64,000 nucleotides of DNA, from positions 160,001-224,000 of the forward strand of contig JBBILD010000002.1 of assembly GCA_037445065.1 (NCBI GenBank), read 5' to 3'. A program made the position numbers and the translations under genes. This DNA comes from Myxococcales bacterium. GTDB lineage: Bacteria > Desulfobacterota > Binatia > HRBIN30. Below, piece after piece: positions 51,530-61,415 of this stretch; within the stretch, counting starts at the first letter, position 1; each line of letters starts with the position of its first letter. The notes below the pieces were generated by a model. It searched no databases, had not been told where the DNA came from, and saw nothing but the letters and a program-made list of their open reading frames with translations.

Positions 51530-52465
51530 TCACTCGGAAGCAGAGGTCTGCGTACGCGGTGTTCCGAAGTGGCAGATGGCGCAAGCTTCTTGCCGATACC
51601 CGATGATCGGCGGATCGTTACGCGGGTCGCCGTCTCTGTACAGCTCAACGCGGGTCGGCAATGTTCGCAGCCGCTCGTCAATCAAGTCGCGAAAGCGCCA
51701 CGGTTCGTCGCTAAATGGAGTTTTCGCCAAGCGGTAAAAACCGGCGGCTCGTTCCGTGTCTCCCGCCTTCGCGAATAGGTCACCGAAGAGGACCAATGAT
51801 CCCTCGATGTTGTGGGGGGCTTTGCCTGCGTTACCGCAGATTTCGGGCTGCGAAAACGGCGAGCAAGCAGCATTGAGCGGGTCGCCGACGTATTCGAGCA
51901 CCTCCAGATAGAGCGGGTCGTCCGCGGAAACGGTGGGCGCCACCACACCGATAAAGCTGAAGCTATTGAACTCGGGGTACAACTGGATGGATTCGCGCAG
52001 TTGCCGCAAGCCGAGCTCGCGCAGTCCTTCCTCCTGAAACACAACGCCGCGCATGTATGTAGCGGCACCACGGAACCCCGGGACACGCCGATCCTCAGGG
52101 AGTAACGGTACGGCGCGCTCGAGGGCTTCGTGGGCGCGGAGGATCTCGGCTTTGTCGGCCGGCGAAGGGTCAAAGAAGTCCTCGATTTGCTGAGAGAAGC
52201 GGAACAGGTGCATCATCCCGAGCAAAAAGAAGGAGCGCCCATCTGTGGGGTCCAGACGCGTCGCGAGGCGCAACTGCTCGATTGCTTCGGCACTCCTGTC
52301 TTCGCGGCCAAAGAGGGTGTCCCAAAACGCGGCCTGTCCCGCAGTGGCAAATTCACGAGCGTTCCCTCGTTCGCCGTCATCGCCACATGCAGCGAGACCG
52401 AGCGCGAGAGCACAAACTACAGATCGAAGCGTTTTACCCACAATCCTCCCCGTGATCATGACCAT
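51530..52465 (-). CDS. Helical (TPR-like) lipoprotein with single C-terminal CxxCH heme-binding motif
   Basis: LAA|CGDD lipobox; CAICH at 51569-51583. Confidence 0.7.
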   Translation of the reverse strand: MVMITGRIVGKTLRSVVCALALGLAACGDDGERGNAREFATAGQAAFWDTLFGREDRSAEAIEQLRLATRLDPTDGRSFFLLGMMHLFRFSQQIEDFFDPSPADKAEILRAHEALERAVPLLPEDRRVPGFRGAATYMRGVVFQEEGLRELGLRQLRESIQLYPEFNSFSFIGVVAPTVSADDPLYLEVLEYVGDPLNAACSPFSQPEICGNAGKAPHNIEGSLVLFGDLFAKAGDTERAAGFYRLAKTPFSDEPWRFRDLIDERLRTLPTRVELYRDGDPRNDPPIIGYRQEACAICHFGTPRTQTSASE

Positions 52466-52508
52466 AAGACGCTAAGGGAAGTGCTTGCTCGAAGCAAGGA
52501 AAAAGTCG

Positions 52509-53030
52509 GAGGTCATGCCAATACGTGTGTAGACGAGATCAGGCGGCGAGGCTTCCTCTGACATCGTTTGCCTTTTTCACAGCAACTGCACCGACGAACT
52601 GCTTTCCCTCCCAGACTTCCTGCAGCAATCTGGGGCGTTCAGACGCCGGAACTTCTTCTCCGCCATCATCAGGGTCTTCCAGATCAACACCATCGCACTC
52701 GCCGCCTTCGTGAATCGTTTGGCCGCCGCGGTGCGCAGGCGCGAAGCGGCGAAAGGGGACTCCACCAGGTTGGTAGTACGCAGGTCGCGCCAGTGGTCGT
52801 TCAGGAAGCCGTAGAACGCCACCAACCGCTCCCAGTCTGGACACAAGGTCTCGGCCGCCATCGGGTCGGCGTTGCCGTACCGCGCCACGAACTGACCCTG
52901 CCGCCGCTCCCACTCAGGGCCCGTTTCCGCGGAGGCGATCAGCCTGAGCAGCTCCCAGGCCTCGGCCCACAGCTCCTTCGGGAGCTGATCGGTGACCTTG
53001 ATGTTCCGACGGAACTTGCGCGCATATACG
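52509..53030 (-). mobile_element. IS256-family remnant: 3' part of transposase (frameshifted) plus probable terminal inverted repeat
   Basis: HWRDLRTTNLVESPF, AEKKFRRLNAP, frame change to LLQEVWEG...AA*; end sequence GAGGTCATGCCAATACGTGTGTA at 52509. Confidence 0.85.
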
Positions 53031-53054
53031 CATGGAGGATGCTGCGCTGAAGCC

Positions 53055-56000
53055 TCAACTCCAGCTGCCACTCGGCGCGTTGTTCTTGGCAGCCACAAAT
53101 TTGGAGATTGTGACGTTCTGGCGCGCTTCAGCCGCTAGCTGCGCACAGGGCACCGCGTCTGCGTGGCCGAGGGCGATGTTCATCATCATGACGAGCGCGT
53201 CAACCGTTATCACGGCGTCGCCGTTGCAGTCGCCCAGGCAGGTGGCCGGCCTCGCTCTATGCAACACTGGAGTGGGCGGCAGGGGCTACGTTGGCAGCGG
53301 GGTCGGACCACGGAGTGGGGACTCCGCGCACGTCGTGAGGCAACAGGCTCGGAAGAACTCGGTCGGGGTTGCGGTTGGACCCCTCCAGGCGTGGGCGAAC
53401 TCGGCGGGGAAGCCGGTCCGACGAACCGACCGACCGCGTGCTGGATTCCCCGAGGGCCGTGCCGGCGGGGCTGAATCCCCGGGCAAAGACGTTCCAGTTC
53501 TTGCCCCGGCATCGTTGACTGTGCCGGTCCACGTGAGACGAAGTTGTCGTCGGAATCGGTGGCCAGGCCGACGCGGGCCTGACGTTGGGCCCCAGCGGCA
53601 GGCCCGGGGAAGCACTGACCAGTACCTGGTTCTCGATGGGTGAGAGCGTGGCGTTGTTCCAGAACATGCGGCGGTAGATCCCGTCGGGCTGCGTGCCGTC
53701 GCACTGACGTTCCAACCACGGGGCGATCACGGTGCAGGCGTCGCAAGTCCGCCCACCCGGACAGTCGGCGCTGGTCGTGCACGTCCGGTTGGCGACGCTA
53801 CACCAGCGCGCGTTGCTGGTCGCCAGCGCCACTTCGTGGCCTTCGGTCGGCGGGCTGGTCAGGGTGTTCACCTGGATCGTCGCAATCGTCGTACCCGTTG
53901 GGTCGGACTTCCGAAGCATGATACTGCCGTTGCTGCGCGTGTCGAACTGCTCCCGGGCGACGAAGCCGTTGCTGCTGGCGTCCGACGCAACGGTGGGAGT
54001 GGTCGCATCGGCAGTTGATGCGTTGAGCTTGCACTGAACACCGCCCGCGCAGCAGTCCGTCCCGATGGGTGATCCGGACGAGTTGTAGAATCGGGCGAGG
54101 ATGTCGTAGAGCGTGCTGCCGGCGGTGCGTTCCGCCTGCCACGCGACGGCGAAGCCGAGATTCTGCTGCCAGGTGATCTCTGGGTATGTGGCGTTGATGT
54201 TCGTCGCGTGCGTGTCGGCGCGCTGGTCGGGCCAGGGCATGTAGCCGTCGCTCCCGACGTACTTGAAGTAGACCCGCTGGTTGACGGTCGGGTTGAGGCG
54301 CTCATCGTGCCAAGCAACTAGGCTGTCGTAGTAGGCGAGGTTGGCCTGCGTGGGGTGCCCCGCGAGCGCGACATCCTGGGCCACGGGAATGCTCCCGCCG
54401 TTCACCTTCAGATCCGTCGCCACCGGCTGCCCGCTCACGTCATACTTGTAGGCGCGGTGGTAGAGGTGCCAGTTGTGCGCCCCCACGCGGTCGTCGATCC
54501 ACGCGAGAACGTAGTTTTGCCCAGTGTTGTCGCTCGTGATGGGCCGCGTTGTGCAAGGTCCCGTCACGCCGCTCACTGTGTTCCCCTTGTGGTCGGAATT
54601 CGCGGCCGTCACGACGGTGGCTCCCAGGCGCTCCGGCCGTAGCTCCACGCTCGCCATAGACCGACGTCGGCGTGAGAAGCGATCAATCGAGTGTCTGCCA
54701 CCACAGGGAGCCGGTTGGTGAAGGCCCCCACCTCCACGATGAGCCGTTATCGGTCCCCTGGTAGATGCCCATCGCCGCGGCCAAATCGAGTGTGGTCGTA
54801 CGGGTGGGGTGAGGGGCCGTGGAGTAGGCGGGAACGTTCGGGCGGTTATAGCTGATGTTCTGCCAGGTCTGACCAGCGTCGGTGCTGCGGAAGACGTGAC
54901 CCGGCATAGCGCCGTTGAACCCGTCGGTGCTTACGTAGCGCGTGCACGCCGACGGTGTGCAGGTCGCACCGGGTAGATAGGCGAAGCGCGTGATGTTCCG
55001 GGCGGTCGGCAGCCCACCGATACTCTGGGTCTAGGTGCTCGCCGTCGTCGTTCGTCACACCCCGCTCTGGCAGCCGGCGGCGAAGGCGAGCGTCGAGGGA
55101 GGGCTTGCCGAGGGAGCGACCGCGACGGTGATGAACGTCGGGAGCAAGGCGTTCGACCTGATGGACTGCCAGCAGGCGTCGCTCGGGTTGGTGGTCGTGG
55201 CATTGGTGGTGCGGTACACCTTGTGCGTACTGTCGGAGTAGGCAATCAGCACGTTGTTGCTCCCAGGGGCCATGGCGACTGGGAACCTCGCTTACGGCAG
55301 GTGCAGTGGGAAGACGCGAGCGGCGTTGAAGTTGTGCGCGATCGAGTAAAAGCGGCCACTGCCGTCCGTGCTGCGCATGAGAGCCTCGCCGCGCAAATCG
55401 TCAGTGTAGATCACGTTCTAGTTCTTGGGGTCGAGGAAGCGACCCGAAGCCGTCGCCGCCGTACAGCTGGTGCCAGACAGTAGTGTTCCCGCCCTTGGTC
55501 TTGCCGTTGTCCTGCATGCCGCCGACCGGCTCGCTGTGGTTCGAGGGCGCAAGCGCGCCGCGGTGGTAGAGCCTGTTCGCCATGTCCCCATTCATGTTCT
55601 CGAACGACGGCGTGACGTTCTAGTTAACGAAGTTCGGGCTCTCCCAGACGCTGCCGTCCGTGCCGATGAATAAGGCGAGCCCATTGGAGGCGAACGTGAC
55701 GTCGTTTGTGTCTCCGTGGAAGCCGTTCACGCCGCGTCCGTACCGCATGGAATTCCCCCCGACGCAAATCTGCCCACTCGGGCAATCGCTGTACTGCGTG
55801 CAAGGCTGGTTGTTCACGCTGCACCCGCCGCCACCAGTGGTCGAGCGGTAGAGGAGCTCCAAGCCGAGCGCGACGGGTTCTCGTCTGTAGGACTGATGGC
55901 AAGGCTCCGCGAGAAGATCCGGCAGTCCGGTGCCGGTTGGCAGCAGCCGTTGGTACAAGCACAGTCCACTTTGCAACAGTCCGCCGCTGTCGTGCACTGC

Positions 56001-57503
56001 TTGTTCGAAGTCGTTCGCGCCCACCCGGTGAACGAGCTCCCGAACTTGAGCTTATAGAGCAGCTAGCCGCCGGACTTGCTCGGACACGCGGCTGGGGCGG
56101 GATGGATGGGGCGCTGACAATCGCGTACAGCACATCTTGGTTGGCAGTGCTCGGGTGCGGGGTGAGGACCAGAACTTCCAGCGGCCCGTCGTTCGGCAGC
56201 GTGAAGCTGCCGATGCCGTTGGTCCAGGTGCTGCTGTTCGTGGACCGGCATACGCCGTTGTTGCCGGCGGACTCCACGCCAGGCTGGCGTACAAGGTCGC
56301 GTTGCTTTGGGCGCCGACCCGCATACCCGTGACGATCTCTGGATTTCCATCGGGGCGCATTGGGAGGCCCGTCGAACTGTACGGGGAGTTGCTCAGCGGC
56401 GTCCGCGTGACCCCGTTGCAACTCGTTGCCGTTGAGTCGGTGGTGTAGAAGAGTCCGCGGTCGGTGGCGGCGTACAGCTTGCGCAAGGAAATCGAAAACG
56501 AGCTTGTAGACCGCGACACTGCTCGTGTCGTTGGCAGATCCAGGCGGCCACGCGGGACCGATCTTTCACGAAGAACCCGCCGCGCCCGACTGGAGGGACC
56601 GGAAGACACCGGCGGGACGATCGATCCGCGTGATGAAACCTGTTCTGCTTCCCCGGAAGACGGCGCTCGTAACCGTGGGTTGGATCAAGACCTTCCGGAT
56701 GCGCGGCTCGGCTTGACCGTCGGTGACTGGCGTCCAGGGTTTACCACCATTCGTTGTCTTGAAGATTCCTCCCGAGGTACCGGCGAAGAGACCGTTCATG
56801 TTTGGGTCACCAGGAACGATGGCGATCTCGCGCCGGCCAATCCCGGGTTCGCGTTGGTGCCGGACAGCAATGGCGGCGGGCCAATTTGTATCCATTGGTA
56901 GGATTGCGCCCACGGTGCGCTCGAGCCAACGGCCTCCCACAGTGAGGCGAACCAGCGTTCGAGAAGGCAGAGCCACGAGCCGGGTTCCTCAAGTGTCTCG
57001 TTAGACGGCGGCTCGGCGGCAGGCATCTTCTGGATCTACTCTCACGCCTTCTGCCATGCCCCTCCCGGCACGTTGCCGCGCCGCTCGTTCTCCAGGTCTT
57101 GGATGATGTCGAGGAGAACGTGTTCCGCGCGCTTGAGACGGCCGGTACAACGATCGAGCCGAGGGGCGGTGTTGTCGAGATGCGCTGACGAAGCGTGGGC
57201 GGCCACCTCCGATTCGGCAGGAGACTCGCTGACCTCCGATGTGTCGGGTGGATGCTCCGCCGGTTGCGACGGCGTTGATTCCACGCCATCGAGTGGTGCG
57301 GGCGGCAGCGGAGGCAAGTGGCCAAAGTACAACTCCTCTGAGTCCGGGGCCGCGGATGTCCAAGGATCACGGATGTCGCCGTCCACTTGAAGCAACTCGT
57401 CTTCGCTCTCCTGCGCGAAACCGGTCGGCGGTCCGGCTGAAGAATTCCCAGCGGTGGCGAATGAGAGCAACGCAAATGCGAAGAGTCCGCCATGGTCCTT
57501 CAT
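53055..57503 (-). pseudogene. Decayed large secreted protein: BNR/VPS10-like propeller, Cys-rich repeats, QVN-type repeats, PT linker, dockerin-like tail
   Basis: Collinear fragments in different frames: signal peptide, GIFKTTNGGKPW, AATDRGLF, GGMQDNG, GGDG, VFRSTDAGQTW, CLGDCNGD; many stops and frameshifts. Confidence 0.8.
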
Positions 57504-57600
57504 CGCTGTTCCCTTTCCCACGCCCACGACGCACGTTATCGAGGATACACAGAGACCGACGGCAGACCTCTCGACTGACGCTCATCATTGACGACTGTCG

Positions 57601-57702
57601 TCATCCTATTCTTGGAAGAGAACTCGCGGCCCGGTCAGATTCTTGCCCCTTCTCCTCCCTGCGTCTCGACCGACGCCGCTCCGCTCTGCTTTGTTCTTTC
57701 AT
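57601..57702 (-). CDS. Possible small basic ORF (33 aa) or gene remnant
   Basis: Strong AGGAGG RBS before ATG; MKEQSRAERRRSRRREEK... Confidence 0.3.
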   Translation of the reverse strand: MKEQSRAERRRSRRREEKGQESDRAASSLPRIG

Positions 57703-57815
57703 GGTGGTGTCCTCCTGCGGGCTAGATTGTTCGGGCACCGTTTTGGTCAACGGGAAGGCCGACACCGCTTTCTCTCCGTTTACAGAGCAGTTGATCTTGC
57801 CTCCAAGTGGTCCTC

Positions 57816-58280
57816 TCAGCGACTCTTGATCAGGGCGGCGCACTCGGGCGAACCGAGTAAGCGCGTGACCCGCCGGGAGATGCGCCACTCCGCTCCTTGC
57901 CGGACCAACTCGAAGCGGTTGAGACTGAGCCGCCACAACACGATCTCCTCATTTTGAACCACGTAAAGGCGGCTGTAACCCCGGGCTGTGGCACGCTCCC
58001 CTTGGATGTCCACAGCTACTGGCCCGATGGTGTGCGCCGCCATCGGGTGGACTGCACCGTGCTCACCGGAGAACACCGCTTCCACAATCGCTGCCCGCCC
58101 AACGATGCGCAGCGTGTCCAGCTCGTAGACGGCATCCTCCGCCAAGAGTTCGGAAAAGGCAGTGCGGTCGCCAGCATCCACTGCCAGACCGTACTCGACT
58201 AACAGGCGCTGAACCGCAAGCTCGTCCTCGACACGACGGAGCCGATTCGCAATTTCCTCGATCGTTTGCGGTGGACTCAT
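57816..58280 (-). CDS. SnoaL/NTF2-like protein
   Basis: RLRRVEDELAV, YGLAVD, GRAAI, H, WRISRR. Confidence 0.85.
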   Translation of the reverse strand: MSPPQTIEEIANRLRRVEDELAVQRLLVEYGLAVDAGDRTAFSELLAEDAVYELDTLRIVGRAAIVEAVFSGEHGAVHPMAAHTIGPVAVDIQGERATARGYSRLYVVQNEEIVLWRLSLNRFELVRQGAEWRISRRVTRLLGSPECAALIKSR

Positions 58281-58289
58281 GCGGACTCC

Positions 58290-58781
58290 TCACAGGTCTT
58301 GGGTCTCATCACGCAACGGTCGCCACAAGGGCAACACAACCTCACTTGTGAGCCTCTTGAACACGACCTCGACACGCATACCGAACCGCACGGTTTCTGC
58401 TGGGCAGTCGACCAGGTAGCTGACCAGGCGCGGCCCCTCGTCGGTTTCCACAATGGCTAAGATCAAGGGCAAGAGGTGCTGGAATGCGGGCAAAAACGGC
58501 TCGTGCGCGACGACAAAGCTAAACACCCGGCCCAGGCCAGTGGCCTCGAACCATTCCAGTTCTCCCCCGGCCCAGTAATGCGGTTTTGGTGGCCAATGCA
58601 CGATACCCGCACACCGGTCCCGCTGGAACACAAGCTTGCCCTCACGGGCCGCCGACCAAAACGGTCGCATGACCGGATCGTCGAGGTCCGGGAGCGGGTA
58701 GTCGGGATGCAAAGCGCCTTCCGCATTTACCCAGCGTGTTCCTCTTGCGAAGCCCATGCTCGGGATCACCTCCTCTTTCAC
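58290..58781 (-). CDS. DUF35 OB-fold thiolase partner with degenerate Zn ribbon
   Basis: PFWSAAREGKL, WPP, GRVFSF, ETDEGPR, GMRVEVVF. Confidence 0.88.
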   Translation of the reverse strand: MKEEVIPSMGFARGTRWVNAEGALHPDYPLPDLDDPVMRPFWSAAREGKLVFQRDRCAGIVHWPPKPHYWAGGELEWFEATGLGRVFSFVVAHEPFLPAFQHLLPLILAIVETDEGPRLVSYLVDCPAETVRFGMRVEVVFKRLTSEVVLPLWRPLRDETQDL

Positions 58782-59956
58782 GGTGCGCGCAAAATCATCG
58801 CGCTGGTTGCGACGGGAGAAGCTCCAGTTACCAGGACCGCTTGGCAGTTCGGTACTTGATTCCAGGCTGTTCCCCGAATTTGGCGGACCCCTTCTAAAAT
58901 CAGATTAAAGCCGTGCACGTATGCTTCCGATAGGCCTCCGCCCGAAGTTAAGACCGGCAGCTCGCCTCCGATTTCGATCCGTCCGTTTTCCGTGAACGGC
59001 CCGCCCTCGCCTTTTTTGCAAAAACCGTAGTCCTCGAGACCCATGATCACGAGTGGCGTGAAGGCATCGTAAATCTGCGCGCAGTCAATATCTGCCGGTT
59101 TCAGGAGCGAGCGCTGCCAGAGAAGCCGGGCACAAAACGCGGCCGTCATCTCCGCATCTGGCGTGTTGTTGAAATTCACCAGGTGCACCGGGTTGGGCCC
59201 CGAAGCTTGGGCGACGCTGTGCACCAGCACGGCTCGCTGGCGCAAGTCTCTGGCTCGCTCCGCTGAGGTAACGACGCAGGCGAGCGCACCATCGGTCTCC
59301 AAACAGCAGTCGTACAAGGTGAGGGGGTAGCTGATGACGCGTCCCCCAAGGTACGTCTCCATGTCGAGCGGCCGGCCACGCATCATCGCGTAAGGGTTTT
59401 GTTGTGCGTGTTTCCGTGCCGCAATGGCCACGTTTCCGAAATGCTCGCGCTTCGTCCCGTAGACGTGCATGTGCCGGTGAGCATACAAGCCGACGATGTC
59501 TACCGGACGGATGAGGCCCCACGGCAGATAGAGGGACTTATCTCCTTGCGCGATTCCACGCTCTTGTGCCCAGGGGCGCGAGCTTTTTGCCCCCCGGTTC
59601 CGCGCTCGGTGGCAGACGACGACCGACGCCAACCCGCAGGCGATGGCCGCGGCCGCGTGCATAATCGTTGCCGCACCTGCCCCGCCTCCGTAGGCCACCT
59701 TGTCCCACCAGCGGAGATCCCGCACACCGAGGCGGCGCGCAATCGTGACTTCTTGCGTCGCTTCCATTTCGTACATGCTGAGGCCGTCCACATCTTCGGC
59801 AGTGAGACCGGCGTCTGCGAGGGCGAGCTGGATTGCCTCGATGGCTGTGTCGGCAATTGGGCGCCCGATGTTCTTGGCGAACGGCAGGTGGCCGATTCCG
59901 ACGATTGCCACGCGATCGCGAATCCGCTCGAACAGGTCGCGATCGAGTCCGTCCAT
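58778..59956 (-). CDS. Ltp2-like thiolase-superfamily protein (probable retro-aldolase)
   Basis: DCCLETDG, YDAFT, GGGLSEAYVHG, EGVRQIRG; no N-terminal catalytic Cys. Confidence 0.85.
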   Translation of the reverse strand: MDGLDRDLFERIRDRVAIVGIGHLPFAKNIGRPIADTAIEAIQLALADAGLTAEDVDGLSMYEMEATQEVTIARRLGVRDLRWWDKVAYGGGAGAATIMHAAAAIACGLASVVVCHRARNRGAKSSRPWAQERGIAQGDKSLYLPWGLIRPVDIVGLYAHRHMHVYGTKREHFGNVAIAARKHAQQNPYAMMRGRPLDMETYLGGRVISYPLTLYDCCLETDGALACVVTSAERARDLRQRAVLVHSVAQASGPNPVHLVNFNNTPDAEMTAAFCARLLWQRSLLKPADIDCAQIYDAFTPLVIMGLEDYGFCKKGEGGPFTENGRIEIGGELPVLTSGGGLSEAYVHGFNLILEGVRQIRGTAWNQVPNCQAVLVTGASPVATSAMILRAP

Positions 59957-60035
59957 GGCGAATCTCCCCGAACTTCTTTCGCTCCGCTACCGCTTTCTCC
60001 CGAACCCCATGTTCCGGGGGCTGTGTGCTTGCGGT

Positions 60036-60842
60036 TCAGGGATCGGAGAATTCTGGGGTGCGCTTCTCCAAGTTGGCCCGGACTGCCTCCATTTGGTTGG
60101 CGGAGCCAATCAGGCGCAACTGCGTTTCTTCCTCCAGGCGGAGCCCAGTAGCTGTGTCCACCTGAACGGCGCGGTTCCAGAGTTGCTTTGCGGCACGCAC
60201 TGCATCCGGTGACTTTTGCGCGATTTCCTCGGCTAGCTCAAAGGCGTGCTTCAAAGGATCCGGTGCACAACGAGTCACCAGTCCCAACGCGCATGCTTCC
60301 TCCCCGGAAACAATGCGGCCAGTGAAGGTCAGTTCCTTGGCCACGTCCAGGCGCAGCAGGTGCCGTAATGTTTGCGTGCCGCTCATGTCAGGGATGAGTC
60401 CCCAACGGATCTCCATGATCGAAAGGCGCGCATCCGGAGCCGCAATGCGCAGGTCCGCCCCGAGCGCGATTTGCAGTCCGCCGCCAAAGGCAACCCCGTG
60501 GATGGCGGCGATCACCGGCACTGGCACTTCTTGCCACACGAGGGCAACGCGTTGTGCGAGGTTCCCAAGCTTTCCCTCGCGGCGCTCGAGCAGGTTCGGC
60601 CGATGCGGGGACTCTTGAGCCATCTGCATGAAGGCGGCAAAGTCCAGTCCAGCGCAAAAAGCCCGCCCGGACCCAGACAAAACCACGGCGCGGGTGCCGG
60701 CTGGATCAGCGGCAAGAGCTTCGCCTGCCGCCAGCAGCGCTTCGAACATGGCGCCATCGAGTGCATTGAGCTTTTCAGGGCGGTGCAACTCCACATGAAC
60801 CACCTTGCCTTTGCGCGACACTTGCACTCGTTGTTCCGCCAT
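60036..60842 (-). CDS. Enoyl-CoA hydratase/crotonase family protein
   Basis: RPEKLNAL, FCAGLD, AFGGGLQIAL, MEIRWGLIPD. Confidence 0.93.
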   Translation of the reverse strand: MAEQRVQVSRKGKVVHVELHRPEKLNALDGAMFEALLAAGEALAADPAGTRAVVLSGSGRAFCAGLDFAAFMQMAQESPHRPNLLERREGKLGNLAQRVALVWQEVPVPVIAAIHGVAFGGGLQIALGADLRIAAPDARLSIMEIRWGLIPDMSGTQTLRHLLRLDVAKELTFTGRIVSGEEACALGLVTRCAPDPLKHAFELAEEIAQKSPDAVRAAKQLWNRAVQVDTATGLRLEEETQLRLIGSANQMEAVRANLEKRTPEFSDP

Positions 60843-60933
60843 TTGTCTCTCCTTTCGTGTGGTGCAGCAATGAACCATTCTCGCAGGTGACACAAGCCCA
60901 GCGACCCGAGCTGCGCGCGTGCAGGCACCCTGC

Positions 60934-60950
60934 TTGACGAACAAGTGTTC
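60934..60950. promoter_or_regulatory. Palindromic operator candidate overlapping a TTGACG -35-like element
   Basis: TTGACGAACAAGTGTTC contains GAACA-AG-TGTTC; lies in the divergent intergenic region. Confidence 0.45.
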
Positions 60951-60971
60951 ACTGCAGTACGGAACGGCCTC

Positions 60972-61415
60972 ATGTCGGAAATTCGCAAGACCCGTATTCC
61001 GGTGAAGCCAGGCTATTTCACTGTGCCCGAAGATCCGAACGAGCCACCCAAACTACTCGGCAGCCGCTGTAACCGTTGCGGCGAGGCGTACTTTCCGCGC
61101 CGAGCAATCTGTGCGCGTGCCGAGTGTTTGAGCGAGGATCTGGTGGACATCACGCTCGGCCCCGAAGGCACGCTGTATAGCTACACCTTCGTGCACATGC
61201 CTTTGTTCGGCTCGAGTAACCTGGAACACATGGATGGTTACGGGGTGGGTCAAATTGACCTTCCGGAAGGACCTCGCGTGCAGCTTCCGCTCGCCGGAAA
61301 ACGGGAGGACTTCTTCATCGGGCAACGGCTCTTGGCAGAACTCGATAAGATGCGGGAGGAAGGGAACAACGAAGTTGTGATCGTGCGCTTCCGGCCGATC
61401 GAGGTGAAGGGATGA
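60972..61415 (+). CDS. DUF35 Zn-ribbon/OB-fold protein
   Basis: LLGSRCNRCG-YFP-IC...EC, GTLYSYT, LPEG. Confidence 0.9.
   Translation: MSEIRKTRIPVKPGYFTVPEDPNEPPKLLGSRCNRCGEAYFPRRAICARAECLSEDLVDITLGPEGTLYSYTFVHMPLFGSSNLEHMDGYGVGQIDLPEGPRVQLPLAGKREDFFIGQRLLAELDKMREEGNNEVVIVRFRPIEVKG

Noticed and set aside
53055..57503. Programmed recoding (Sec/Pyl or ribosomal frameshifting) to explain the fragmented gene
   Set aside because: Mixed TGA and TAG stops, many frameshifts and eroded motifs fit neutral decay better.
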